A stretch of DNA of 63,272 bases, filler included, from Octopus bimaculoides (lineage: Eukaryota), in the NCBI RefSeq assembly GCF_001194135.2. It is 5 parts of 5 records of this genome, joined end to end, with 100 filler letters (N's around TTAATTAATTAA, not from the genome) between each part and the next. Parts side by side here need not be neighbours in the genome. Positions count along the whole stretch, not along the records: positions 34,175 to 51,928 come from NC_068985.1; 4 more parts are not named here. One strand, 5' to 3'. Under the pieces are notes generated by a model. It was not told where the DNA came from. It saw only the letters and a program-made list of their open reading frames with translations, and ran no database searches. Made by a program: the position numbers and the translations under genes. Within the stretch, counting starts at the first letter, position 1; every line of letters starts with the position of its first letter. Of this stretch, positions 39,062 through 51,745 are shown piece by piece.

Positions 39062-39114
<53 letters not shown>

Positions 39115-39377
39115 NNNNNNNNNNNNNNNNNNNNNNNNNNNNNNNNNNNNNNNNNNNNNNNNNNNNNNNNNNNNNNNNNNNNNNNNNNNNNNNNNNNNNN
39201 NNNNNNNNNNNNNNNNNNNNNNNNNNNNNNNNNNNNNNNNNNNNNNNNNNNNNNNNNNNNNNNNNNNNNNNNNNNNNNNNNNNNNNNNNNNNNNNNNNNN
39301 NNNNNNNNNNNNNNNNNNNNNNNNNNNNNNNNNNNNNNNNNNNNNNNNNNNNNNNNNNNNNNNNNNNNNNNNNNNNN

Positions 39378-39439
<62 letters not shown>

Positions 39440-40098
39440 CTACATAAGCTTTGATGCATAATTTTTAGTTGTCCATTGACATATCTATTGATACCGATTA
39501 TCGAACTGATATGCTTTCTCTAAGGAATTTTACAGCTATAAATATTCTATTGTATGCTTAAACTTACATAATTCCCTGTAGAATTAATTCTTTTGCTTTA
39601 TGGCGTGTTACTCACTTTTCTCATGTTAGCTGATTGTTGAATCTAATCCATTAGTTGATTACTTATGCACATGCAACATATTTATTGAATACAAACTAAG
39701 AAGGCACCTATTAGATTGGTTTTTACTGAAGCTGAAGTAGACGAGACTAAGTCAAAATTACGACCCTTTGTGAAATAGTCATTGTCTCCTTTTGGTATAC
39801 TTATCTATGCATTAATGCAATACTACGAAGCTATCTACCTTTTCTGTCACGCTAATTGAAATAACTCAAATGGGAGAGAAAAAGACAAATTCAGAGGAAA
39901 AAAAATAAGAAGGAAAAAAAGATATGATAACGGTGGTGGATCTTGTCCGTAAATATATGCACAAAGCTGGATTCTGTTAAAGAAACCCAAGGAGGAATTG
40001 CATTAGATTAGATAGCATGTTAAGCCTACCATCCAAAGTTATGCGCTTAATTGCTGTTTTATTTTGTTGGTTTCCTTGCTTCAGGGAGTGTCTTAATG

Positions 40099-40324
40099 CA
40101 TGGACACATGGGATGGTTGCTCGAGGCGGCAACTGATCTTCTACCAGCATGTAATTCTATTAAGACAATTTAATACATGGGCACATGAGACAGTTGCTCG
40201 AGGCGGCAATTGATCTTCTACCGACATGTATTTCAATTAAGACAATTTAATACATGGGCACACGACACAGTTGCACGAGGCAACAATTGATCTTCTATAG
40301 CATGTATTTCTATTAAGACAATTT
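40099..40324. repeat. 77-bp tandem repeat x3 with internal hairpin
   Basis: Units start at 40099, 40176 and 40253; the first two contain gttgc-tcgaggcg-gcaa(c/t) and the third a variant. Confidence 0.92.
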
Positions 40325-40640
40325 GGTTATGCATAGTGTCACATATAAAGAATTAGATACAATGATTCACCTAATCCTTCTTTTCTTTTATATGCTGCTT
40401 CTTTATTGAGATAAACAATTTCTATATTTTTTGTTGTTGTTGATTAATTTGTCTCACCTACACCCCGGATAGGACAACAAAAACATTGCCTCGAAAAGCT
40501 AACGATATTCGCAGCAACAACAGCTGCCTGTTTGCTCCATAGATTTCTTCCCCTAGGCGCAACGTCTTCATCCTAATTTGACGTATAATTGTTTGTTTTT
40601 TTTCTTTTCTAGGGAAGAGACATTTGACGTTAATGTTATA

Positions 40641-41422
40641 TGATAAAGTCAATCAATATTATATTAATATGGAAGATATCATAAAGTCAATCGATATTAT
40701 ATTAATATGGAAAATATCGGGAATATGCTCCATGACCGGATTTAGTCGGCTAAATAGTGTTTTCCTGTAAAAACATTGTACGGCGCTTGGTTGTACGATA
40801 AATTCAATCAATATTTTTTTAGATGGCAGAGGGTATAAGAGTATAATAGATAGAGTACTTGGAAAAGAATCCTTATTTTTTTAGTTGGGTTTAAGATCCC
40901 AGTTAGAGCTTCAAAACAGATAACTCTCTTGAAATATTTTTTATTAACGGTGTATGTGCATGTGTGCACGTGTGCACGTAGGCGGATATCTACGCAGGTT
41001 CCTATGTGCACACATACACATGCATATACACCCTTAAAATATATCCGCAAACGTACATGTTTGCGGATGATTAAGCTTTGATATGTAAGCTTACATAGAC
41101 ATGCATATAGTGGTACACGTTTACTCCCCCCCCCCCACACACACACACAATTCATGAAGAAATGTTCACTAACTGATACACATTCTTCTCTAAAAATTCC
41201 AGGACTCTGTATTCGCTATTCTTCCCATTCTTCCATATATATATATAATATAGTTGAACTTTATCATGTAGCCACAATATCATGCAATTTTTTTTCTCGG
41301 GTAAACTATTTATTCTACTAATACCGTTTATAGACCATTTTCACAGCATTTTCAATATGTATATAATATCGATTAATTTGACCATTTTTTTTACATTAAT
41401 ATGATATTGATTGACTTTATCA
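40641..41422. mobile_element. Putative foldback/MITE remnant
   Basis: 28-bp inverted repeat (27/28) at 40641-40668 and 41395-41422, plus mirrored inner sub-repeats at ~40681 and ~41361. Confidence 0.5.
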
Positions 41423-42275
41423 CAATAGCCACAGCGCCATGCGACTTCTTCCTGGTAAAATATTTACCAGATAAACCGTATCCACGGAAATTTTTCTTGA
41501 GATTTTCCATATTTAATATATTTCTATGTTCTCTTATTACATAGGAAAAGTACTTTATATACGCAGAGTGACTCTGAAACCACCATTATTCTGTATTTTC
41601 AATAAGGACGCAGGAACATAACATACTCTCAGTGTCCTATGCAAACCCAGCATAAAATTCGAACTCGTTCTAAATGCACATATTAAAGATATCTTTCGGT
41701 GTTTTTAGTCTTTTTAGAAGACTTTTCCGGTGAAGGACTTTATTCGTGTCATTTTATGCGAGAAATTATATGTATCAGCTGTTTTTGTCCCAATCTCTAC
41801 CTTCCAAAAACCGGTGATGTGAAATTTGGAGTAACACTCAGCCAAATTTTCAATTTACTATAGAGGCGGAGCAAACGGAAAATTTTCATTTCATCAGCTA
41901 TCACAAACTAAGGAATTTGTTGTTTTGTCGTTTCAAAGGTAAAACTGCAAGGCGCTAGTGACTACGAGAAATTCCCCCTACCCCCGGCCGAAAACACTAT
42001 ATATTTATGTATATTATTGTGTACTTACTCGTATGAGCAAGATTTAAATANNNNNNNNNNNNNNNNNNNNNNNNNNNNNNNNNNNNNNNNNNNNNNNNNN
42101 NNNNNNNNNNNNNNNNNNNNNNNNNNNNNNNNNNNNNNNNNNNNNNNNNNNNNNNNNNNNNNNNNNNNNNNNNNNNNNNNNNNNNNNNNNNNNNNNNNNN
42201 NNNCTTACATACATACATACTCACATACATACATACATACATACATACATACATACATACATACATACATACATA

Positions 42276-43220
42276 CGAGGGTGAGCTGATAAGTTCATAG
42301 CCTGACAATGGTGGAGTAATGCTAGAGCTGTGAAATCTTCCAGGCATTAATTTCAGGTCTTCTCATTAGTAACTGCATTGTTTCTTTCAAGGTAAACTGA
42401 CATGTAACTGTTCAAAGATGACTTCAAAAGTAACTAGTAGCAACTTCTCTTGAAAATGGACAACATTTGGCAACATGCTGCTGCGAAGTATCTGCAGGAA
42501 AAGGATTTAGCTCCTAGCGGCATTCATGCTGACATCATTGCTACATTAGGGAATGCCGCTCTAGCTTTATCAACAGAGCAAATGTGGGGCAACTGAATTT
42601 AGTAGGGGAAGGGAAAATCTTAAAGATGACCTAAGGTCTGGATGTCCTGCAACCGCCACTCGCGAGGGAAACATTGATCGTGTTCACCACATGTTAATGG
42701 ATGACAGGCGATTGACTATAAAACAATAACAGATGCCATTAGTATATCCTGTGAGAGAGTTGATAATATTCCGTACAATGAACCTGGCATGACGAAGATT
42801 TATGCTCTGCGGGTGCCTCCTCTTTTGACACCTGATCAAAAGCACACCAGCCTGATAACATCACTGGAAAAGCTGACATTTCTGGAGGCAGATCCAGCTG
42901 GTTTCTTTGGCTGTTTCCTAACCCACGATTAGCGTTGGATTAATCACTTTGAGTCAGAGACAAAAAGACAATCCATGCAGTGGCAACACCCTTCCTCACC
43001 AGCTCTAAAAAAGGCCAAGATCGTTTCATCTGCAGGGAAGGTGATAACCTGAAGTTTTTGGCATGCCAAAGACATTGTGTTTATTGACTATCTTCAGAAG
43101 GGCCACACTATCAATAAAGACAACTATACCAACTTTCAGACAAAGATATGAAAAACTATCAAGGTCAAATGCCCAAGAAAAATTACGGAAGTTGTTTGCT
43201 TCAACAGGACAATGCTTCAG
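42276..43220 (+). mobile_element. Mariner (irritans-like) 5' two-thirds, degraded transposase
   Basis: TA|cgagggtgagctgataagtt end; ATG at 42456 MDNIWQHAAAKYLQEKDLAP; DDLRSGCPATAT, RVPPLLTPDQK, IDYLQKGHTI and QQDNA motifs across frames. Confidence 0.88.
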
Positions 43221-43782
43221 CGCGCAAGGAAAGCGTATTGTGGGACCGATATTGTTTGAAGACACCATCAACACCAAGAGATATTCCTCAAATATTGTCT
43301 ATCCATTTGTAGGCCAAAACACTGAAAGTGAAATTAATAATGCATACTTTCAGCAAGATGGAGCTACAGCACATTCTTCGCGCATCACCATGGCGCTACT
43401 TAAAGAGTTTTTCGGTGAACAGATTATTTCAAAAGGACTTTGGCCACCAAGATCACCTGATTTAACACAGCCAGACTTTTTTCTGGGGAGCAAGTAAAGG
43501 ATCAGTGTACAAGAATCGCTCGAAAACCATTAAGGAGCTAAAAGACGCAATCATAACCTTTACATGGTCCATCCCGCGTCAGACTCTCCAAGATGTATTT
43601 CTACATATCTGTAGAAGAGGCAACTTATGCATTGAAAATGAAGGACGACACTTTCAACACCTCTTATAAAGTTTTTCAAAGTCTTGCAAAGTCTAATATA
43701 TTCTTTTGTAGTCTTATACCATCTTATAAATATCTATTTTGCAATAAACTACTTACTACGGAGAGACTTTTTGAACACCCTG
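43221..43782 (+). mobile_element. rosa/maT-like (DDxD) Tc1-mariner 3' part with right TIR
   Basis: IVGPILFEDTIN..YFQQDGATAH..ISKGLWPPRSPDLTQPDFFLG; ends ttgaacaccctg|TA (TIR 5'-CAGGGTG). Confidence 0.85.
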
Positions 43783-44021
43783 TATATGAGCAAGTCTAGA
43801 TATGCAACTATATGCATGAAAATACATAAATAAAACATACAAATCTGCACATACATACATACATACATACATACATACATACATACATACAAAAATCCCC
43901 TGTTGTTGATGTTGAAATTCCAATGAAAGAGCCTTAGATCTAGGTTAGAAACCGATTCTTTCTCTAAATCTTGAAATAAACTTAATAATGATGTGTGTGT
44001 GTGTGTGTGTGNNNNNNNNNN

Positions 44022-44107
<86 letters not shown>

Positions 44108-44160
44108 AGTATAATAAGGGTGACTTATTCGTAATTTTACAACCGAAAGGCAGAAGTATA

Positions 44161-44614
44161 GGCGTCACTAAAGTGAACAAGGGCACTAGTCAGCACCAGT
44201 ATTGCTATAAATAAGAGTCAAAACAAGCCATAGCCACAAGAAAGCACTTATATTAATAACTGACAAGTCACTGACAAGTCAGGCAAGCTCCCTACAGCAT
44301 CCGGGCATAACCAGATCACTCTTATTATTTATAATTTCCACTTTTACTATTTATGCAATCAGCGTATGATTTCTACGGTAATATTATCGACTGACAAGTT
44401 GAGTTGAATTTAATCCTAGGTACCGGGTGAGAACCACTGATGAGCATTAATAAAAATATGAAATTACTGGTGATTTGGGTATGCCCGGATACTGTAGAAA
44501 ACTTGCCTCCCTTGTCAATCATTAAGATAAGTTTTTTTCACGTGGCTATGAGTTGTTTTGACTCTTATTTCTAGCAATACTGGTGCTGACTAGTGCCCTT
44601 AGCCACTTTAGGGA

Positions 44615-44618
<4 letters not shown>
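44161..44618. mobile_element. Foldback MITE-like element with ~76-bp TIRs and TA flanks
   Basis: 44162-44237 versus 44542-44617, 69/76 identical; inner IR ccgggcataaccagatcac / gtgatttgggtatgcccgg. Confidence 0.85.
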
Positions 44619-44689
<71 letters not shown>

Positions 44690-44691
<2 letters not shown>

Positions 44692-45336
44692 GCAGGTACT
44701 TGATTAAGCAACTGTTTTCCTGCATTAAGAGATCTAGTTGTGTTTCCTCGGGTGATATGTAAATATTGTCTCCGTAAGTTTTAAATCCTACGCTTCAAGA
44801 ACATCCCCTCTGTCTGCCGTTGCCTGAATTTAGTCGTAGTCACTGGGCTTATCAGTGTGTGTCGTTGCAGAAGGGCCGTTGGCAAACTGCTTTGAGTGTG
44901 TAGATGTGGTGGGAAGGTGATTCTGGTTACTCTTAAAGTGGTTGGTGTTTTAAAGGGATTGACGTTTTATATCATTTTACTGCTGATTTGTTCTTTATAG
45001 ATGGTTACACATGCGATTTTCCTTAGCTGACGTTTAAGATTCAACGCTCGCACACATACATACGTACACGCTCCAACACTCATACATACATACATACATA
45101 CATACATACATACATAAACACGGTTAAACGAGCGGTTTAGCCTATTCTAGCCGACTGTATTGGTTTTTAATTATATTAACAAGTAGATAGCCCGGGCCGC
45201 ACATGACAGCATTTTTATTTATTTATTTATATATTTATCATAACTCTTACGTAACCCAGATTTAGACCGTACATCGCACTTAAACTTTTAAGAGCACTCT
45301 CAATTTTCAACAAGGGCATTATTTATAATCATAGAG

Positions 45337-45407
<71 letters not shown>

Positions 45408-46567
45408 NNNNNNNNNNTACACGCGCACGCACGCACACACACACATCCATACATATAAATACATTTATATATATATATATATTCCTAAACTCGACTCCGT
45501 CTGTCACGAATGATCATGGGTGCACCTTATAGGTTCCCCTCCGGGGTACATGTCTGGGCAAAAGTCGCCTGACCAGCAAACGCACAACCTAGGGTTGTTT
45601 TTATAGAAGACCACCAGTCATCCATGCCTCTCCTCTCTAAGCTACTGATGTTATCCAAGGGAAAGGCAAAGGCCGATGCAGCTTGGCACTAGTGACATCA
45701 CAACTCGTTTCTCCAGCTGAGTGAACTGGAGCAAATAAAGTGTCTTTGCTCAAGAACACAACACGTAGCCCGGTCCGGGAATTGAACGCTCTAACTATTG
45801 AGCCATGCGCCTTCACTACATATATATATTCATTCGCATATATATACACACACGCACACAAATACGGATATGTACGCGCACTCACATACATACACATACA
45901 TACACGTATTTGTGTTGTGGTGTGATGATTGTGCATTTGTAGAGGATGGTTTTTTTTCTGCGTGCATTGGTTCCTGACTTGACATGCAGGTTTCCTGCGA
46001 CAGCTGCAATTATTTGCACTATTATTATTTTTGTAGTTATCTGGTGACTTTTTGCTTTGTGATTTTCCAGTTGTGTATCAGTGCTTGAAGTTTCTTTTTT
46101 GAGTTTTGTTTGAATCCTATTATGACTGTCAGGCTCTTTATCTATGCTCTTGTGATCCTATTGCGTTTATTTTTTTCTTATTGTTACTATACCTCATGTT
46201 GTATTGATCTGTTTGTTTCTTGTCTGTGGTCGTTGTTTGCATGTATATCATATTGTATTTGTGTATGTAGTAACCCATGTTGTTGGATATGGCTTACGAT
46301 AATTTCACTGTGTACTTGTTGAAGATACGATTGTATTTATGTGTTTTAGGGAAGCACCTATATAACGCTGCAAGGAATTATTTACCTATATTCGATGATA
46401 TTTGCAATCCGAAAATTGGGTTATATCATAGGACCTCGGAATTTTTGTTTCTTTTTTTTGGGGGGTTCCTTTAGCCTATTTACGGAGACAATATTTACAT
46501 ATCACCTGAGGAAACACAACTAGATCTCATAATGCAGTGAAACAGTTTCATAATCAAGTACCAGCAC
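44690..46567. repeat. 88-bp inverted repeat pair (44690-44777 / 46480-46567)
   Basis: 81/88 identical in reverse complement. Confidence 0.85.
45494..45816 (-). mobile_element. tRNA-derived CORE-type SINE (family D)
   Basis: Minus strand: gttcaattccc B-box, gtgttcttgagcaaagacactttatttgctccagttcactcagctgg core. Confidence 0.8.
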
Positions 46568-46790
46568 TCCTGGAGAACTACGTTGCGTGGGAACAATTAT
46601 AGTGATTAAAAAACAAATGTCCAACCGTACCCTTTCTTGTTGACTCCACATTTTTCAATTATATATTCACACACGACAGATATCCAAACGCAAACCTAGA
46701 AGTATGTATAATACTACTGCTGGAGAAATCCGATAGTGGACGAGCCTAATACTGTACTCTACTACGTTCTTAGCAGAATATACCATGAGG

Positions 46791-46824
<34 letters not shown>

Positions 46825-47263
46825 TCTAAAGAATAAATATATTGTGTTTTGACAAATGGTTATTAGAATCGCAATGGACAAGCGAAATCATATGCATATG
46901 TGTGCATATAACACACACTCTCTCGCACATACACAAACACACACACACTCATAAATATAAACACATATATGTTACAATAAAGTTAATATGCATGTAAAGT
47001 AAACTATATCTCTAATCTGTAAAATATATATGATATAAACCGCTTGTTTAATATATGGATAGAATGGAATATATATACATATCAATTTACATGTAAATGC
47101 GTACATATACATGTATGTGCAGATATCTTATACCAGCATACATATGCAGGTACCCAAAGAAATATGGTGACAGGAGATTACTGAAACATGTCATCCCTCA
47201 CATATTGGAATGTAGCACAAATTATGATAAATAAATAAAAAGTAAAAAAGAATAAGTGATATA

Positions 47264-47322
<59 letters not shown>

Positions 47323-49030
47323 ATCATATGTACGGAGGAAACAGATAGATAATAAATATGACATATACTATTTTTCATATCACATGAATAGAGGGGGTAG
47401 ATAAACAGTCATAAGGTGAAGAGAAACGTTAGGTAGAAATATAAAAATAAATAGAAATATATCTAGTAGATTTCAAGCATGCTATATATACCTGAAAGTT
47501 GGTACTGGATGCAAATTATTCTAAAATATGGAGTAAGTAAAACGCAATATGAATTGCATCATCTAAGATAATAGAAATTGTAAATTTTCCTTGTCAAGAG
47601 GTGAAGATACGGTGTAAAAACGATTATATAAAGAATTATATAATTGCATAAATATATGCAGAGATCCAAAAGTCAGTGTGTAAGACAATATTAAGTACAA
47701 ACTGAATAAAAATAAACGTGGATATACGCTAGAAAGCTACAAAACTGTGGGATTTGTCTCAAGACATCTCGTATAAACATGTAGCGTTATAAAGCATAGA
47801 AGTAAATCGGAAGACGAAATGTGTCCATCACCATCATTGGAATTACTACATCTAGATTTATGCTCTCTCTAGCGTCATCAATTTTAAACATCTACTTGAA
47901 ACCGCATGCTTAGACAAATTTAGCTTCTTATGATATAGTAAAACAATCACTGGTGTCGCAAATAGCCGTCTATTTGCTAATAACGAAAAATAAAGTAAAA
48001 TTTATATTGTATATTTTGATTGTGCGTGAAAAAATTAATGCTAAATAGGAGAAACTAAAATAATATTTTCTTGTCGATATGTTGTATACCCAAGAGTAAA
48101 GTTTAATGACTCATCAATTATAAACTTCTGAGTGCTTATAGAGAACTATTAAAACATATCATATATGAAAGTAAATTTGATGAAGACTTCAATGAGATAA
48201 ATAAGAAAATAATATGAAAACACAGTATGAGTGTAGATAAATGTAGTAATGTCACCATTGAGGGTAAATTAAGAAAATTGATTAAGAACACATCAGATAT
48301 GTAGTGTTAAAGTAGATAAATTGTTCCAATTTACTGTTTGACTATGCCATATATAAAGAGACAGATCTAAGAACTGTTGGGCGTCTCATATCTGTCCTAG
48401 TAATGAAGCAGATGGTAAAATTTACGCTGTGGAAAACCAACCACACTATTTAGCACACAGAGGACAATTACGGCTTATAAAATTGAAATATCATATTTAT
48501 TATATGTTTACCTAAAATTATCCTCCCAGGAGCTATAATTCCTTAGCAAATACGATTTGTATTGCCTCAGCCGTAAAAAAGTCACAAAATTTATTACGTA
48601 TTATAAATTATGTAATAAATAAATTATGTAAAATTTATATGATACATAGTAAAAGAAAATTAATGTTACATGGTAGAAAATAAAAAAAATCAATTACTGC
48701 AACTTAGTTCAGTACCCAAGAGTATTTTTACTATGCTTCAGCAATTATGCTCTGATGTTCTTATATCTAAACTATCGTAAATAAACAGATATTGCGAAAG
48801 TAGTTTTCTAGCCGAAATCCTGAATGAATGTACTAGTAGAAACGTGACTTAAAACAACTATCCATTAACCCTAGAGGAATGAGTTTAAATGAGGAATGAA
48901 TACATAATTTCTTGAGCTTAGCAGATTAGGATAAGATGTCAATTCTACAAACAGAATTAAAATTCATCTCATTATCATAATTGACGTTATTCAAGTTTAG
49001 ATAATTTATAAGAATATCCTCTACGCTTAC

Positions 49031-49076
49031 ACTACCTTATTCTACTTGCCCTATAGGGCAAGTAGAATAAGGTAGT
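49031..49076. repeat. Perfect 46-bp palindrome
   Basis: actaccttattctacttgccc-tata-gggcaagtagaataaggtagt. Confidence 0.97.
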
Positions 49077-49609
49077 TTAACCGTTTTTCCAGTACTTATG
49101 TGAAGGGGTATAACCAGACAATAATTAAACAATTATTAAAAAAAAGAAAAGTTATTGTGAGGAGATTTTATTTGATTTGCGAATGTTGTTATTGTTTAGG
49201 GTTGTCATATTCTATCTATTCATTTGCTTCCACACATCACTGAGTCATGGACAATACAATTCCAACATCAGACAAAAGCAAATTTCCTCACAGTAACTTT
49301 CTATGAACCCATACATACTTTCTTCTTCCACTCCTCCTCTATTCTCCCCTCTACGCAACTATTTCCCCGGTCTCCCTACACCACATCTAATTACCATTTC
49401 ACAGTCCTCCACCTGCTCCTTGCTCCCCCCCCCATAAGAAACATAATTTGTCAATGATTACACAAAGACAAAAAGAACTCAAGTATAGCACAGTCTGGCG
49501 AAAGTGAGTAAAAAAAACTTCGAAGTCATGTCAACTTACCTTTGTAAAAATTTAATATATCTATATCAATTCATCTATCTATCTATTTGTCTGTCTGTTT
49601 GTCTGTCTG

Positions 49610-49688
<79 letters not shown>

Positions 49689-49780
49689 GCTTGTCTGTTT
49701 GTCTGTTTATCTATCTATCTATCTAGCAAGCTAGCTATCTTTCTATTTACCTATCTATCTATCTATCTATCTATCTCATT

Positions 49781-49824
<44 letters not shown>

Positions 49825-50182
49825 TTCTCACAACGCACACACGTACAATCCAACGAAGCTTGTAATCTCCGATATTACTTGCTCCTATTATGATGTTGAA
49901 ATGGGGGTGCTGACAGGTTTTTTTCATTCCATTTTATCCAGTTTGATTAGTCATATACGTCAGCAAACTCCCTCGCAAGAACTATGGCATTATTTCTAAG
50001 TCATCGACCCTAGTTATTCTTCTATCTATTGTATTGCTCTAAAAAGCGACTTGCGTGTGATGAAATATAGTAATTGCCTCTATCAAAGTATTTTCTAATT
50101 TGCAAAACCAAATTATAACGACCTTGGTAGTAATCCATAAGCTTAAATACGAAACTTTCAATTACCTACATACATACATTCA

Positions 50183-50214
<32 letters not shown>

Positions 50215-51151
50215 CGTGTGCTCGTGTGTAAGTGTCTCTCTGTGTGTCTCTGTGTGTGTGTGTGTGTGTGTATATATNNNNNNNNNNNNNNNNNNNNNNN
50301 NNNNNNNNNNNNNNNNNNNNNNNNNNNNNNNNNNNNNNNNNNNNNNNNNNNNNNNNNNNNNNNNNNNNNNNNNNNNNNNNNNNNNNNNNNNNNNNNNNNN
50401 NNNNNNNNNNNNNNNNNNNNNNNNNNNNNNNNNNNNNNNNNNNNNNNNNNNNNNNNNNNNNNNNNNNNNNNNNNNNNNNNNNNNNNNNNNNNNNNNNNNN
50501 NNNNNNNNNNNNNNNNNNNNNNNNNNNNNNNNNNNNNNNNNNNNNNNNNNNNNNNNNNNNNNNNNNNNNNNNNNNNNNNNNNNNNNNNNNNNNNNNNNNN
50601 NNNNNNNNNNNNNNNNNNNNNNNNNNNNNNNNNNNNNNNNNNNNNNNNNNNNNNNNNNNNNNNNNNNNNNNNNNNNNNNNNNNNNNNNNNNNNNNNNNNN
50701 NNNNNNNNNNNNNNNNNNNNNNNNNNNNNNNNNNNNNNNNNNNNNNNNNNNNNNNNNNNNNNNNNNNNNNNNNNNNNNNNNNNNNNNNNNNNNNNNNNNN
50801 NNNNNNNNNNNNNNNNNNNNNNNNNNNNNNNNNNNNNNNNNNNNNNNNNNNNNNNNNNNNNNNNNNNNNNNNNNNNNNNNNNNNNNNNNNNNNNNNNNNN
50901 NNNNNNNNNNNNNNNNNNNNNNNNNNNNNNNNNNNNNNNNNNNNNNNNNNNNNNNNNNNNNNNNNNNNNNNNNNNNNNNNNNNNNNNNNNNNNNNNNNNN
51001 NNNNNNNNNNNNNNNNNNNNNNNNNNNNNNNNNNNNNNTATATATATATATATATTTATGGGAGATTTTACGAAAAAAACAACAACAGACGAGGACAGGT
51101 GGTGTAAACAACAAAAGGATGTATTAGTTTAACGCTCGGGAATAGAGAAAG

Positions 51152-51188
51152 TCTTTAACGTTTGGAGCTACGCTCTTCAACAGAAAGA
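51152..51188 (-). ncRNA. Degenerate minimal hammerhead-like motif
   Basis: UCUUU-CUGUUGA-A-GAGC-GUA-GCUC-CAAAC-GUU-AAAGA: perfect stems I and II, palindromic AACGUU, two core substitutions. Confidence 0.5.
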
Positions 51189-51258
51189 AATAAGGAGAAA
51201 AACATGGAGAAAAACAAGGAGAAAAAAATATAAATGGAGTGGTCATTATTTATACATG

Positions 51259-51290
<32 letters not shown>

Positions 51291-51297
51291 AACATGC

Positions 51298-51600
51298 CCG
51301 GACAGGATGACGAATGCACTTTTGCCGAAGCGAAGAAGCCGAACAGACATAAAGCCGAACGGACACAATAATAAAAAAAAAATCCTCCCTACATAGTTTA
51401 ATGACCAATTCACCAATTTGGCATATATATTCACCAATTTGACAATTTTATCATATAGTTTAATTTTCGTATGTCTTTTCGCCATCTTGTCCGTTCGGCA
51501 TTGTGTCCCATTCGGCTTTATGTCCGTTCGGCTTCTTGATTTCACCTTCTCGTCTTCTCGTCCTTCGGTCGAAGTTCATTCGGCATCTCGTCCGTGTACC
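51298..51600. mobile_element. Foldback MITE with modular GCCGAA sub-repeats
   Basis: 51333-51369 inverted to 51500-51537; outer arms cggacag-gatgacgaatgcactt versus cggacgagatgccgaatgaactt. Confidence 0.8.
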
Positions 51601-51639
51601 ATATTTTGAATACGTAGTAATTCATACATGTATGCAAAC

Positions 51640-51671
<32 letters not shown>

Positions 51672-51694
51672 GCATACACACATACACACACACA

Positions 51695-51745
<51 letters not shown>

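Noticed and set aside
40099-40324. CRISPR-like interpretation of the hairpin repeats
   Set aside because: No unique spacers, no cas genes, and eukaryotic context.
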